A DNA stretch of 60,198 nt, filler included. It is 6 parts of 6 records of this genome, joined end to end, with 100 filler letters (N's around TTAATTAATTAA, not from the genome) between each part and the next. Parts side by side here need not be neighbours in the genome. Positions count along the whole stretch, not along the records: positions 1 to 20,461 come from SRR2962707_429; positions 20,562 to 31,795 come from SRR2962707_439; positions 31,896 to 37,297 come from SRR2962707_441; 3 more parts are not named here. One strand, 5' to 3'. Positions 19,495 through 32,090 of the stretch are shown one piece after another. The translations under genes and the position numbers were made by a program. Position 1 is the first letter of the stretch, and each line of letters begins with the position of its first letter. Below the pieces are notes generated by a model. The model worked only from the letters and a program-made list of their open reading frames with translations, was not told the DNA's origin and did no database searches.

Positions 19495-20394
19495 TTGGAA
19501 AAGTATTTCGACATTATAAAAAATTCGTATTCAGGATATTTTAATTACCTGATTTCTGAAATTACCAGCTTCCATTGGGAGAATTACTTTTATGGACTAC
19601 TCATTATTTCTTTCACCATTTGGGGGCTCGAAATTTTATTTCCTTGGCGAAAAAATCAGAAAATTTTTAGAGAAGATTTTTGGTTAGATACCTTCTATCT
19701 CTTCTTTAATTTTTTCTTATTAAATCTTATTGCATTAATTGCACTATCCAATACCGCAGCCGAGATTTTTAATGATTTCCTAAATGTTTTCGGAGCTTCA
19801 CTTTCTAATTTTCAACTTTTTGATGCTTCAAAACTACCTTGGTTATTAGGCCTATTTATCTTTTTTATAGTAGCCGATTTTATTCAATGGGGAACACATA
19901 TTTTATTACACAGGATTCCATTTCTTTGGAATTTTCATAAAACACATCATTCCGTAAAAGAAATGGGATTTGCAGCTCACTTTCGCTATCATTGGATGGA
20001 ACCAGTAGTTTATAAATCTATTTTATACTTTCCTATTGCTATTATTGGAGGTTATAACATCGAAGCAGTGGCTATTGTTCATTTTTTTAATATTACTATT
20101 GGACATCTAAACCATGCAAATATTGGTTGGGATTATGGTCCGTTTAAATACATTTTAAACAATCCTAAAATGCATATTTGGCATCATAGTAAAGAAATGC
20201 CAAATAAATATGGGGTTAACTTCGGAATTACATTGAGTATATGGGACTATATATTCAAAACTAATTACATTCCTTACAGCGGAAGGGATATTGAATTAGG
20301 TTTTCATGATGACGATGAATATCCGAAGAAATTTATAAATCAGGAATTATATCCATGGAGTTCTAAAGAGAATTCAATAAACAAAAAAAAGTAA
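19495..20394 (+). CDS. Sterol desaturase / fatty acid hydroxylase family membrane protein
   Basis: His boxes HILLH, HKTHH, HLNH, HIWHH; TM segments. Confidence 0.88.
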   Translation: MEKYFDIIKNSYSGYFNYLISEITSFHWENYFYGLLIISFTIWGLEILFPWRKNQKIFREDFWLDTFYLFFNFFLLNLIALIALSNTAAEIFNDFLNVFGASLSNFQLFDASKLPWLLGLFIFFIVADFIQWGTHILLHRIPFLWNFHKTHHSVKEMGFAAHFRYHWMEPVVYKSILYFPIAIIGGYNIEAVAIVHFFNITIGHLNHANIGWDYGPFKYILNNPKMHIWHHSKEMPNKYGVNFGITLSIWDYIFKTNYIPYSGRDIELGFHDDDEYPKKFINQELYPWSSKENSINKKK

Positions 20395-20461
20395 ACTCCT
20401 TGCGGAAAAACTGCGAGGCATTAAGAGGGATAATCAACTACCTCGGGGCAAGCCCACGAGG
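20393..20461. repeat. Two related REP-like hairpins at the contig end
   Basis: CCTTGCGG-AAAAA-CTGCGAGG (20398-20418) and CCTCGGGG-CAAG-CCCACGAGG (20441-20461), both preceded by AACT(A). Confidence 0.5.
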
Positions 20462-20561
20462 NNNNNNNNNNNNNNNNNNNNNNNNNNNNNNNNNNNNNNN
20501 NNNNNTTAATTAATTAANNNNNNNNNNNNNNNNNNNNNNNNNNNNNNNNNNNNNNNNNNNN
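20462..20561. other. Artificial contig spacer
   Basis: N44-TTAATTAATTAA-N44 (stops in all six frames); composition changes across it. Confidence 0.99.
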
Positions 20562-20588
20562 TGTGTGTGTGTGTGTGTGTGTGTGTGT
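20562..20588. repeat. (TG)n microsatellite
   Basis: Perfect dinucleotide run at the contig start. Confidence 0.95.
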
Positions 20589-21222
20589 AAAGCCACAACA
20601 GCCTTTTGACATAGCCTGTACAAAAGTGGTCTTGCTTACACATAGCCTGTACACATGTCCGGCCTTTTTTGGAGAGGAGTCTGCCCGGTCTGCTCAGACA
20701 ATAGTCGCCCCGATGGGGCAGTATGGTTTTTCTGGGAAGAGCCGGCTATTGCGATTCACTTATCATGGAGGACCTTCCTTCTGAATGTTTCACATACATT
20801 ACCAGATTCAGAAGCAGCTCTGTATGGCGGAAGTTCTGATGGAGCGGCGCAATAGGGGGTGGGTGTACTTTTTCAATGGCTGAATGAGTATGCTACGCTG
20901 TAAGATGAATGAAGTCTAAGATACAATACAAGGAGATCTGGAGGTAATGCATCCTTCCTATTCGCAGAACAGAATGAATGTCGTTGTGTGTATGTCTGAG
21001 CCGTTTCAACTGTTGGTGGGCTCTCTTGTGAGAGTTTGCTGGTATGTCTGGTTCAAACACATTGGTAGTTGTTCAAAATACAATTTTAGTTGAGGTGCTT
21101 TATCGACACAAAGATTGTGACTTGGCTTCCGAAAGAGGTTCACTGAGCCACTTGGAAAAACGTGGTACCGGTGATGTTTTGACACAAATCACATCGTCTA
21201 CTGTTCTGCGGCTACAGCATGC

Positions 21223-24200
21223 TCAAATGCCTACCGGTACTTCGGGGGCACTTTGCGTTTTAGCCGGCTCAGCACTCCCGCTCTTCGAGCTAATCGGTGT
21301 ATCGTTGTCTTGTGGCTGTACTTTTGCAGAGGATACAGTTTGCTTTCGTTTGGCGTTGACGGCTACAACTGCAGCCACCACAGCAACCAGAACCGCTGCT
21401 ACGACGGCAGCGGATATTCCACCGACAACTTCGGCAGGTAGGCCTTCCTGGTCAATGCTGTTGGGGTTTAGCTGTGAAGTAGTTGTGTCTGCTGTGTGGC
21501 CATTGGTGGTCGGCAAAGGCGACAACGAGGGATCGGTCATAGTATCCCACTGCGCAACACACTGGTCCGCGGCAGTGGTTTGGTCCCAACCGACAATACA
21601 CTCGTCACATGCATCACCCGCATAACCCTTAAAACAGATGCATTCGGCAGTGGCAGGATGGCAAGTTCCACGATTGGCTGGGCAATTGGCACAGCGCTGC
21701 AGCACGAGGCCGCAATCTTCGACGCAACAGTCAATGGATGGATGGTCATAGCAGGTTTCGCCGCCCTGACAAACGCCATCTCCACAGTAGCCACCCAGCG
21801 AGGAATCAACGGACACCTGACAGTCGCTTCCACTGATGCACAGCGGAGTTGACAAAGTATAGTCGATGCCTGCACCAAACGCAACGACTTCGACAGTGAG
21901 GGAGATACCGCCGGAAACCCCGAGTAATCGCTGCCGTTGTTGTGAGGGCGAGCCTGCGTTGGTAGACCTGACGTCTTTGACGGTGCAATTCAAGCGGTTG
22001 GAAGCTGCGGTAACGTTTGCACAGACATCATCGATAAAGGCATCAACAACATCTGCACAATCACTGTCAAATAAACCAGCCGCGCAGGCAGCAGATATGT
22101 CACTACTTTCAATAGAGACTGCTCCTTCTACTGCACATGATGAGCCGTCACCGTCGCACATCCCACAACCGTCGAACGAACCCGACCAGCAGCAAGTGCC
22201 ATCGGGACTGAGTGCAGTGGTACAACACGCTCCATCTTTGGCAATTGCAATTGCTGAGCCACCGCAGACCCCACACGCGTCAAGCATGGACGCATCTCCT
22301 TCGCAACATGTGCCCGTGGAATCCAACACGAACATAGATCCTGAAGCAGCAGATTGCACGGCATCCTCGCAGCACTCGCCAAATTCGTCGCTGAGCCCGC
22401 TGGAGCAGCACTTGCCGCGGATGTTCTGAACACCTGATGCACAGGCTGCCAAATTAATTTGACAGTACGGTCCTGCAAATCCAGTCTCACACAAGCAAGC
22501 GCGTGCGCCGCATGTTCCGTGTCCACTGCACGGTGTGGTCGTGTTGCCAGTGGACGGCATGCAGAGGTGCGTGCAACCTTGCAGCATAGCTGTTGCGGAT
22601 GGACTGCATGTTCGTTCTTGCACTGGTGCATTTGACACATTTCCACACAATGACCAGTCGTCATATTCGATTGCCCTTTTGGCAGAATAGTCATAGCACA
22701 ATACCTCACGCCTTTGGATCGCGCTCTCACAGTAAGCACTGAAATTGGCGAGCATACAACTTGACCACTCGAGGGCTTTCCAACCAACAGACGGAGCACA
22801 GTCAAAAGTGTTGCACACTTCGCTTGACTTTGGCTGGCTTGCTGCGAGACCAGAGTGCATTTCGCATGGACTACTTCCATTCACTTCCGACACAACGCCA
22901 AGACAAGACTCACACGTGACTTTTCGGCTACGTGTGCCTCCACCGCACGTGACTGAGCATGCAGACCAAGCCGTTGTAGTCCAACTCCATCCGTTAGCTG
23001 CATCTGTCGCTGTGTAATCTGGATCACAAGCTCGGACAAGGTCACTACGGCTCGGCTCGGTTTCGATTTCGCACAATGAAGCGGCCGCCACCACGCCCTC
23101 GCTTGAAACACACTGCCACGTACGTGACTGCGTGTAACCACCCACTCCAGCACCGATGCAGGCAAACGAGCAGTCGCCAAAGTTGGAATAGCGAATGGTG
23201 TAGGTGACACAGCGAATATCGTTGCAGCTCTCTTCCTCTGATGGTCGCGGGTCTGCCAGTGCCAGCAAACACTGTGCATCATCAACTACGGGCCATGCAT
23301 CTATTGTAGTCCCAGCGCTCAGGTCAACGCGTCGACACTGCACGGTTCGACTTCGAGTTCCAGAACTTGGCCCGCACGATTGATCACAAGGGCCGAAGTC
23401 GCCAACTTCCCAGACAAGCTGTTGCGTACAATTCAGAAGTGTGGGAATGCACTCTTCGACGACTGAAATATCCACAACGTCGGCACATTCAGACATGTTG
23501 GCTTGACGCAAGCGAGGGACCGGTGTATATTCAGTGCGAACACTGACTGATGGTCTTGAAACACAATCTATCACAGGGAAAAAGTTCGCGTACTTGACAC
23601 CGTTATTGGAGGCCTGCAGCCGAGCTACCGTGTCGTCAGAAACACGATGAGTTCGATATTCACGACACTCTGTTTGTTCGACGTATTCGCAGCCGCTCAG
23701 AGTAAAGTTGGATTCGATGACCCACCAACCCGCTAAAAAACCATCGACCCAGCCATAGTCCCATCGATCAAGCCATTGGTTGTAATTGTAAAAAGCTTCA
23801 GCTTTGCCCCCCAAAGAGTCGGTGCAGTCACGCGATTGCCCGGACATGGCTGGGTTGAACACAGGAGCATACTGTCCCTCCGCGTGGGCTAATCTAGCGT
23901 CACGTTCTGTGCATTCTGAGGTGCGATTTCGCATACCAGTTGTAGAGCCACATGAAGCGGAGCAAGGACTCCACGCGGAGGTTGATACCTGGTACTTCGA
24001 TACAACAGAGAAAAAACTGCTAAAGTTGCTTCCACCTTCTCCCACCACTTCGAGCATATACGTGCGGCCAGGTTGGAGAAAACGGGGAACGCGAAAGCCG
24101 CCTGCTAATTTGCCAGTCTGTGGCACGTACAATCCTACAGTCGCCACCTTTGACCCACCATTGCACGATGGTCCATCCCACAAATATAGGTGTACACGTG

Positions 24201-27200
24201 ATCGCGAATTCATTCCAGTTGAATCCCATTCAATGTCGTAGTTGCCATCCACCACCCAAACAGTATTCACAGTTGGCTCAAGTACCGCCGGAGCTCCTAC
24301 AAAACTTGCAGGTACGTAAGCTGGCTCACCATTCCATCGGCTTGGACTATACTCCAAGACTCCATTACTGTTGACACAAACACTATCATCAGTGCGGTCC
24401 ACATCAACGTCCACATCGGCATGCTGGTTTTGAGATATAAAGTCCTGAAGGGCCTTCCACTTCGGTGCGTCGTGTCCTTGGCCAGTGAACTCCTGGTGCC
24501 CCCATGTTCCATACTTCGAGTATGCACCGGTCGAAGAAAACGCCATAAATGGCCGAGTGGCATTTGCAAGGCCGTACTTTGTTGACATCACCTCCAAAAA
24601 GTCTGTGTACCTGTGACAACCACCAACCACAAGGTTAACTCAAAACGCCCGTTGGAGGTCACAAAGCAAAACAAACATCCAGAAGTAAAAATATTTCTGT
24701 AATGCGGAATTTGCTTTTCTCACGAACACTGCAGCCATCCCGTCGTCTCGAGCAGTTGCAACAAGAAGCTCTGTGATGTGCCCATTGGCACTTCCACCTT
24801 CAATAACACCTGGTTCAACTAGTCCTGGTCCTGCCTCGTAAGTAATAACATCGACCCGCTGAACAGAATCGCCGCTGGTATTATGAAGTGCCACGTCACT
24901 GGTGGTAACGAAGGCAAAAATCTCAGCAAGACTGTTTCCAATGTTATCATTGTCGATGCCCGCGTCGCGATACTGTTCAACTGTTGACTCCAATGTAGCA
25001 AGCACTTGCTCGACAGAGTACGTGGCCCAACTTGAGTCGATTTCTGGCGTTGCACTGAGATAGCCTGTGACGCCAATGTAGTCTACCCAGCGAGCGGTAT
25101 CATTCCAAGACAGCATTTCTTCAACCCACGACTTCCCAGCGTACGTCCATGTCCCCAAAACCACTTTGAGGCGCCCCTCCTTTCCCCAGTCGCTTGTTAC
25201 CTTGCCTAAATCAAATAATTGGTGGGCAGTTTCATGCCACACTTGTGAAATTTCTTTAGATCGCTGGGCATTCCACCGAGCACGGTTGCATTGATCACCA
25301 TACAACTTGCAGCCCCCAGTGGCTGCCAAGGGCGCGCCACGAATTGTTGCGTACTGGCCTGCCGGAAACAGAGTATTCCAAACCTCATTGGAATACCTGC
25401 ATGTTACACATTTGTCGCAGACACACGATACGTCAACATCGGCACGGATCGACGATGCAGCCATTGGCATGCGTTTGACACACACAAGGTGACTTACTCA
25501 ACAAAAACTTTCGTATCTGAGCGTTTGTCCAGCTCAGTGAGGACCATTGTGGCCATGGCCCGAACATATGCATCATCGGCGGCGTGTGGTACGCAGTACC
25601 ATGCGTTAGCGCCAATAGTGTTCGTCAACAAAAGCGAATACTCAAACGCAGTACCGCCCGAATCGTGGTTGACTTGTGTTCGGTCAGATGGTAGTGTGCG
25701 CCTTTTCCACACAGGAGTAGAATTCACAGGCCAGCCATTCGTTGAGTGGAAGTCCATGAACCGCAGAGTCTGGAACCTGGACATGTCTTTCAAGAAAACT
25801 GGGTGGAACGGCTGTTGGAGATATGACTTTGCGTAATACTCACCAGGGAGCAGTATGCGGATGTTACGAGGCGGGTCTTTCACATCGATGGCTTCCCATG
25901 TGATTGCAACTCCATTATCAGTGCAGTAGGGTAGCCATCCTGCGCGGTCAAACCAGCACGCAGGATCGCACGAAAGCTCTACACGGACGTCAACACGGCC
26001 TTTTCGACGTGATACTATCATCGCGTCCATGCCTTCGAAGCTCAGCGTGCCGTTTCCGTCGAACAACACGGTGTACACTCCATTGGTGCCGTGATGACAA
26101 AGATCTCGTAATGTCAATGCAACGAGATTTTGACGCCGAGAGTTTAGACGCACCGGGTAACCCTTGCCTAACGTGTCTGGTGCAACAGCGATGGCAGCTG
26201 ATGAGTTGATATCACCATCATGCTGCCAGATGGGTTCGCCATTCCCCCACACATATTGACTTTCTTCATCACCCAAATCAGCGGCGTTGATGGACGTGAG
26301 ATAGCTCGAGTGTTTCATAACATCCACGAATATGCTCTCCAGCCCATACCCAACCTCACCAACGTTCATTCCCACGGGAGAATTGTAGTTCGGGCGCCGT
26401 GCGGCATCAAAAAATTCGCATGTCTGCCCAGAAAATCCTGCCCAACACTGACAAGCACCGTTTACGCATGTTCCTTGCTCTGAACACCCTCGATCACCAC
26501 AGCCACAGACTCCGGGGCCCACACAATCAGTTGTCAATGCGGAGTGACCACAGTCACACGACCACACACACGTTGCCTGATCACTGCTCCATTCCCACCC
26601 ATCGTCACAGATACATGGAACATCGCCAAGGTTGGCCTCACCAATCAAAACTGCAGGATGACACTGGCCATGTCCGTGGCAACCACAGTCAATCTGACAT
26701 TCATCGCCAGTAAATCCCGGGTAGCAACTGCAGATATCAACATCAAGGCAGTCACCGTTCCACGAGCAGTTTCCTTCACAGGTCGCGCGAGCACATGTAC
26801 GTCCAAAGTAGCCGTCACTGCAGTCACACCCATATAAGCGAAAGGACGGTGGCTCCGTATGGGCCACTCGGCAAGCTCCCCGGTCAAAAGAGCACTTGTA
26901 CCCACAGTCAAATTCATCAACATAGTGCACTACAGAGCAGTCCTCTCCCTCGAACCCAGTAAAACATAAGCATGTCGCTGCGGTGCCATCTAAGCACCAC
27001 CCGTTGCCACTGCCACACGTACCTCTCGTTTCCGCGGTGCACATGTCAATGAAGCGGTTCACACGGCGAATATCGTCAACGGAACAAGACAACTCGCGGC
27101 TGGTGTGACTAGCTGCATCCTCCCAAACTACATCCAAGATACCTTGGTACTTTGGAGCGGTCTGCGGATTCTGTGTGGAGCCTTCCAGTAACGACCAGCT

Positions 27201-30200
27201 CCCGTATTGACTGTATTCGCCAATTGTGCCAAAGTGCAGCGCTTTGTCCATTGTTTGCAAAACATGCCGATAGAACGTTGCTGTGAGATTGCGCATTCGT
27301 GGACTTCGATGAGCTGCGATAACCAAATCATCAGAGGCACCAGTGCTGAGCCCAGCAGGTCCACACTCATATGCAAGGACCCGAAGAGTTCCATTCGAAC
27401 GGTTGCGAATCAACGCGGCGTGCTCTGCAGCACTCACAATTGTTGATGGCATGAGTTCCCAAAGCTGATCTAGCACAGCTTCAGTGGAAGCAGCAACGTT
27501 CTCCATCGCTGGGCCAAAATATATGGCAGGCCCGATGGCGTCGATCCCGCCTGCAAGACCTTCTTTGCGAGCGCTTCTGTTCCATTCAGAATCTGGTGCT
27601 TTCGTTGGCATCGGGCCAAAATCACAATCTTCGAGAATGTGCCGTGTGACATCAACATTACTCAGTTGAGTGGACAAAAAAAACTGAAGACGCGGAAGTT
27701 TGGTAACCGATGACTCAGCTTGCAAGTCACTGAACACGCCTCTCATGGTCGCACTTGCGTTCCGCGTTGCCTCAACTGCCCAACAATGCCTTGATGGCAA
27801 GCCTCTCCGCGTAGCTTCCAATGCTGCGTAGTCTCCACCAAAGAAACCTGTGTGCCACAGTTCATTGCCAACTTCTATCACGACCTCTACATCGGGTCGA
27901 AGCTCTCTTGCTAGCAGGTGTGCCAGCCCTGTGTAGTAGTTTGTTGTTGCTTCCACGGGCGTATTGATCCATAGATCTTTTCCAAGCAAGTTAGCAGTCA
28001 GTACAATGTACCTAGTTACAACATCAACATATTTGCATGGCCAAACTGAACGAATTGTTGCCGCGTAATTCAACTCTTGAACAACAAACCCGAAGAGGAG
28101 ACAACACGTCACAGCAACTCAAACCCAGGTTTGGAACTTTGAGTGAGTGCTGCGGTCACGTACTCAAGTGGAATACCACCCGGACCTGTCACAACGCGGT
28201 TCCGAAAGTCTGGTCTTCCATTCCAGTTAGGATCTGGTTGACCTTCTTCATTGGCATGCATCCAGTCCATGAATCGTAGATGCCCAAAGGGTTCTAGAAA
28301 CTGCAGGAAATGTGGATGGAACGGTAAAGCAGGCAATGGCCCGTGTAGTAGTTGACCATGTGTCACCACGCCGTGCTGCCGTAGACGGCCTTCCTTATCT
28401 GTGGTGTTGTATGTGCTTTGGGTCGCTACCTCGTCAGTTTCTGCTGCCGCCCACTCACCTTCGTCGAACCCGGGGAGAAACGCACGGATGTTTCGTACTG
28501 GATCTGCAGGGTTTGTAAACAGAATTGTGACAAGTAGGCCATTGTTGAGTTCAGATGTGAAAACCACGTCACATTCCATATACCCAGCCAGTTCGTCGGT
28601 GCGCGCGCGCACGACCCCGTCACTAGCCACGTCTAAACCCGCGCAGCTTAAAATTCCATCACCATCCCAGCGAATTACAAACTTTCCATTGACTGTGCCA
28701 ATCTGCTCCAGGTCCCGCATCACAAGAGATTGAATTTTCTCGTTGGTCCCGAGCTGGCGGGGGTACCCGTGGACGTCAAAATCGACGTCAAAGTTTTCAT
28801 CCCACACGGAATTGCCGTAGTGATATTGTTCAACCCAATCACCCATTACACGGTAAACATCAGTCAAAACAATGCCAGTCGAATAGTAGTTCAGGCCACT
28901 CAAACCAACACCAAGGCGAGCGCTGACGTTTTGTGTGTCGCAACGTCCACCTTGAGAATCGGCCAGGTCAATGTTGGCGCAAGTGGAACCCGAGAATCCA
29001 CGGAAGCATGTGCAAGTTCCATTGATGCAAATACCCTGTCGTACGGTGCATGAATTATTGCACCCGGCAACAATTCGTGGCACCACGTCATCAGATGTCA
29101 CGGGAAAGTTGCTTGGAGCTGTACCAGTCTCCGAAATCGCTTTCAGTGGCGCGGAGGGGTCTGTAGCAAAGTCTGTCAGCGCTTTCCATAAAGGAGAATC
29201 CCAGTCAAGCCCTTCATTGTCACTGTAGTACGAAACTGTCTCATGCCAAGCGTCGCGATCCGCTTCAATTTCGTCAGGTGTAAGTCGGCTGGCATTCCCT
29301 CCACGAACGCTGGAAAATATCTGCGACAGATCTGTCACCGATGCTGAAGATGAAGATGGACTGCCACTACTGTCAGTAGAAAAAAACACTTCCTCAGTGG
29401 CATTTGCGGCGCGTGGACGCACAAGGCCAGTGATGCCGCAGTCTTTCCCCCCAGTTGGGCAAGTGTGGACAGGTCCAACGTCAAAAAGATTGGCGACCAC
29501 ACCTCCACTGCCAGGAAGACGTGACCAACGGCGCAGCAGGTCAAGCGCCAAGTCATGACCAACCAACCAGGATCCCCCAAGAGCAACCAGTCGTGCCTCA
29601 AGTTCGGCTTCAAGACGATCCATACCAACGATATCAAGCCAATATTGTTCCAACTGCTGGATATTCCATTCAAAGGGTTCTTGACCGCTGTTCACTAGCG
29701 TACCATAAAGACCATCTGCCCGAGCCTCTTCCGAGACCCGTCGAAGGCCGCTGGAAGTCCAAGAAATACAACCATGGGTACTATCGTACAGCGCCTGCAT
29801 CTCGGTCGCCGAGGCAAGTTCATCTTCGCCCAAGCCGCCACGAACAACAGCATCCACAAACCACTCTGGACGAACAAAACAAGAGCCCACCCCTTCAGGT
29901 GGAGCGAAGTTGCCACCTTCCTGCGCGTATGATTGGATATTCGTGTGTGGATCGGATAAAAATGTACAACTGCGATTACTTTTTCCCGGTGGCAGGTAGA
30001 ATCCCCCGCATTCAGTAGCATTCATTCTACTGCACAAGCCTGCACATACTGGCGCGTCACGGAGGTCTGCACCTTCACCAATTGCAATGTTGGAAATCGA
30101 TGCGGCCACATCTTCCGTGACGGGCATTGCGTTAGCACAATTGAATTGTTTCTGCTCATAGTACGTGGACAGATCTGGATCGTTGGCTGTCCATTTGGCA

Positions 30201-31714
30201 AAGGTGGTTTCGTATGATTCGGCGAATCCGAGCCGCTCTTGAAAAGCGAGGCGGCACTGCTTAGCGTACGAAAGTGACCAGCGCCACCCGTACCCAGCAG
30301 CCCGAAGCCCGTCGTCGAATGTGGCAACTGCAGTGACTGTGTGCTGCAACGTGTCATTGTAGTTGTCTCGAAGGAAACCTAAGTAGCCAAGAAGGGGTAC
30401 CATTTGCTCCTCTGCGTACAGCTCAGCATTCCGTACAGCGGCAACCAATTCTGCATCTGAAGCATTGGCGTACGTAAAACCACCCTCCCAGCTGTCAAAC
30501 GAATCTCGAGGCTGTGCACCAGCCAACTCCAAGCGCGGTGTTGTCATCACAACCGTAGAGTTTCCTCTTGGATCGAACCACAGCGGCCATGCAGCAGCGG
30601 TATGACTGTAGTAGTCGCCGGCTACAACAAAGACAAGCCGGTCAGCGGGTCCGTGGAAACGACCACCATCAGCTTCACGGGTTTGCCAAGTGGAGTGCAT
30701 TGCATTCGTCCAAATGCGGAACAATAACTCAGACTGCTGCTGTTGTCGGTCGAAGTTACCAAAGGATTTTGTCCACCGATGCTGCAATAACACGCGTAGG
30801 TCCGAGCCTAAACGCTGCGCAACAAACGCGGCTGCGTTATTAGCATAGTCATCACTTTCATCTGCTAGATCTGGTAGCGTCAGCCAGGCGTCAGCTTCGA
30901 CCTCATTGCACAAGTTCACAATGTGGTCCAGTGCGACACCGTACGGTAAGCGCTTCGAGCCTCGCTGTGTCTGCTGAGCAATGCGTGGTCGATCTGTCCA
31001 TGAGCGACCCGCCAAATTGTTTGGATTATAGTCGTTGTCGTCAATGCCAAACCAACCGTGGAAAATAATGGTGTTGAAAGGGGCTAAACGTTCCAAAAAA
31101 TCGGGATGGAATGCACTGGCATTTCCCGCACGCACAGCTTCTTCAAAATCCAGAGGAACAAGGCGTATAAGGGTCACAGGATTGGACAACGAAGACCGAA
31201 GAATTCGGATTTTGAGCCCATGCGCAGGACGAATTTGAAAGACCAATCGCCCTGTAGATGTCTCAAGTGGAAGAGAAACGTTGTCCGCAGGAGCTGTTTG
31301 AACATGAGAACCTGCGGTTGGCAGTGCCACAGCGTCGCCGTCCAACGCAACAACACCATCCCCCTCGAAGAGGCACACATATTCGCCAGCAGGGAGGTTC
31401 GCTCCGCCTTCCCCAATTGTGGCAGCCACCGTCATGATTTTATCGCGGTTGAAGTCGCTCTCGTTTTGTAGGCCAAGCGGGTAGCCATCGGCGTCGAAGG
31501 TCGGGTGGTATGCCGAATTGTATTCGGTGCCGAAGGTTTTGTACGTCTGCCCGCCGTCCTCCGACAAACCCCACTCCACTGAAAACTCGGAGCTGTGCTG
31601 CATGAGGTCAAGAAATACGTTGACATTCGTGGAGGAGAAATCCACTCCCGATGTTGGATGAACACCAAGCGGGGCCACGCTCACAGCCACTATAGGCGGC
31701 GAAGGGCTCGCCGC
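21223..31714 (-). CDS. Giant spliced eukaryotic type-I membrane protein: 3 glycoside-hydrolase-like modules, EGF repeats, 5 TSP1 repeats, Cys-rich repeats, TM helix (5' incomplete)
   Basis: Predicted exons 31714-28164, 28011-25498, 25396-24728, 24610-21223. GT-AG introns join four ORFs in frame (10122 nt, 3373 aa plus stop) and restore the motifs GIPLE|YIVL, VFVE|YSNEVWN and MAAV|YTDFL. Further 3' exons are possible. Confidence 0.8.
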
Positions 31715-31795
31715 CTGCACAATCCAGAAAGTGGAGGACAATGCAAAAATTAGTGGGAATAGAATAACATGCCTGTCCGTTGAGACCGACCTTCG

Positions 31796-31895
31796 NNNNN
31801 NNNNNNNNNNNNNNNNNNNNNNNNNNNNNNNNNNNNNNNTTAATTAATTAANNNNNNNNNNNNNNNNNNNNNNNNNNNNNNNNNNNNNNNNNNNN
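31796..31895. other. Artificial contig spacer
   Basis: N44-TTAATTAATTAA-N44. Confidence 0.99.
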
Positions 31896-31907
31896 CTTCA
31901 TACCTAT

Positions 31908-31942
31908 TGGGCCCGAGAGCAATCTCGCGGCCCATTTTTTTT
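31908..31942 (+). terminator. Intrinsic terminator of a gene upstream of the contig start
   Basis: TGGGCCCGAGA-GCAA-TCTCGCGGCCCA hairpin followed by T8. Confidence 0.7.
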
Positions 31943-32031
31943 GGCCGGATTTCACTTCGTATTCTCGCCCGCCTGGACAGAGGGCGGTCTTGTCCATCGC
32001 AGCCCCTCATTCCCAGTCAGAACAATGACCG

Positions 32032-32074
32032 GGCCACCCCTTTTGGATGCCGTGCTGCAATCCAGGGGGTGGCC
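32032..32074. terminator. GC-rich hairpin downstream of the epimerase gene
   Basis: GGCCACCCC...TGGAT / ATCCA...GGGGTGGCC inverted repeat, 17 nt past the stop codon on the minus strand; no strong U-tract. Confidence 0.45.
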
Positions 32075-32090
32075 TAGGCCCTTTCAATAT

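Noticed and set aside
20506-20517. TTAATTAATTAA palindrome repeated five times in the window
   Set aside because: Always centred in a 100-nt N spacer; artificial all-frame stop linker, not biological.
20563-21222. Short ORFs and possible extra 3' exons near the microsatellite
   Set aside because: No convincing coding signal; a possible donor near 21233 could not be joined confidently to a downstream exon.
21223-31741. Four separate genes as suggested by the ORF track (1210, 872, 281, 1135 aa)
   Set aside because: ORF ends and starts are intron read-through; GT-AG junctions join them in frame and restore conserved motifs.
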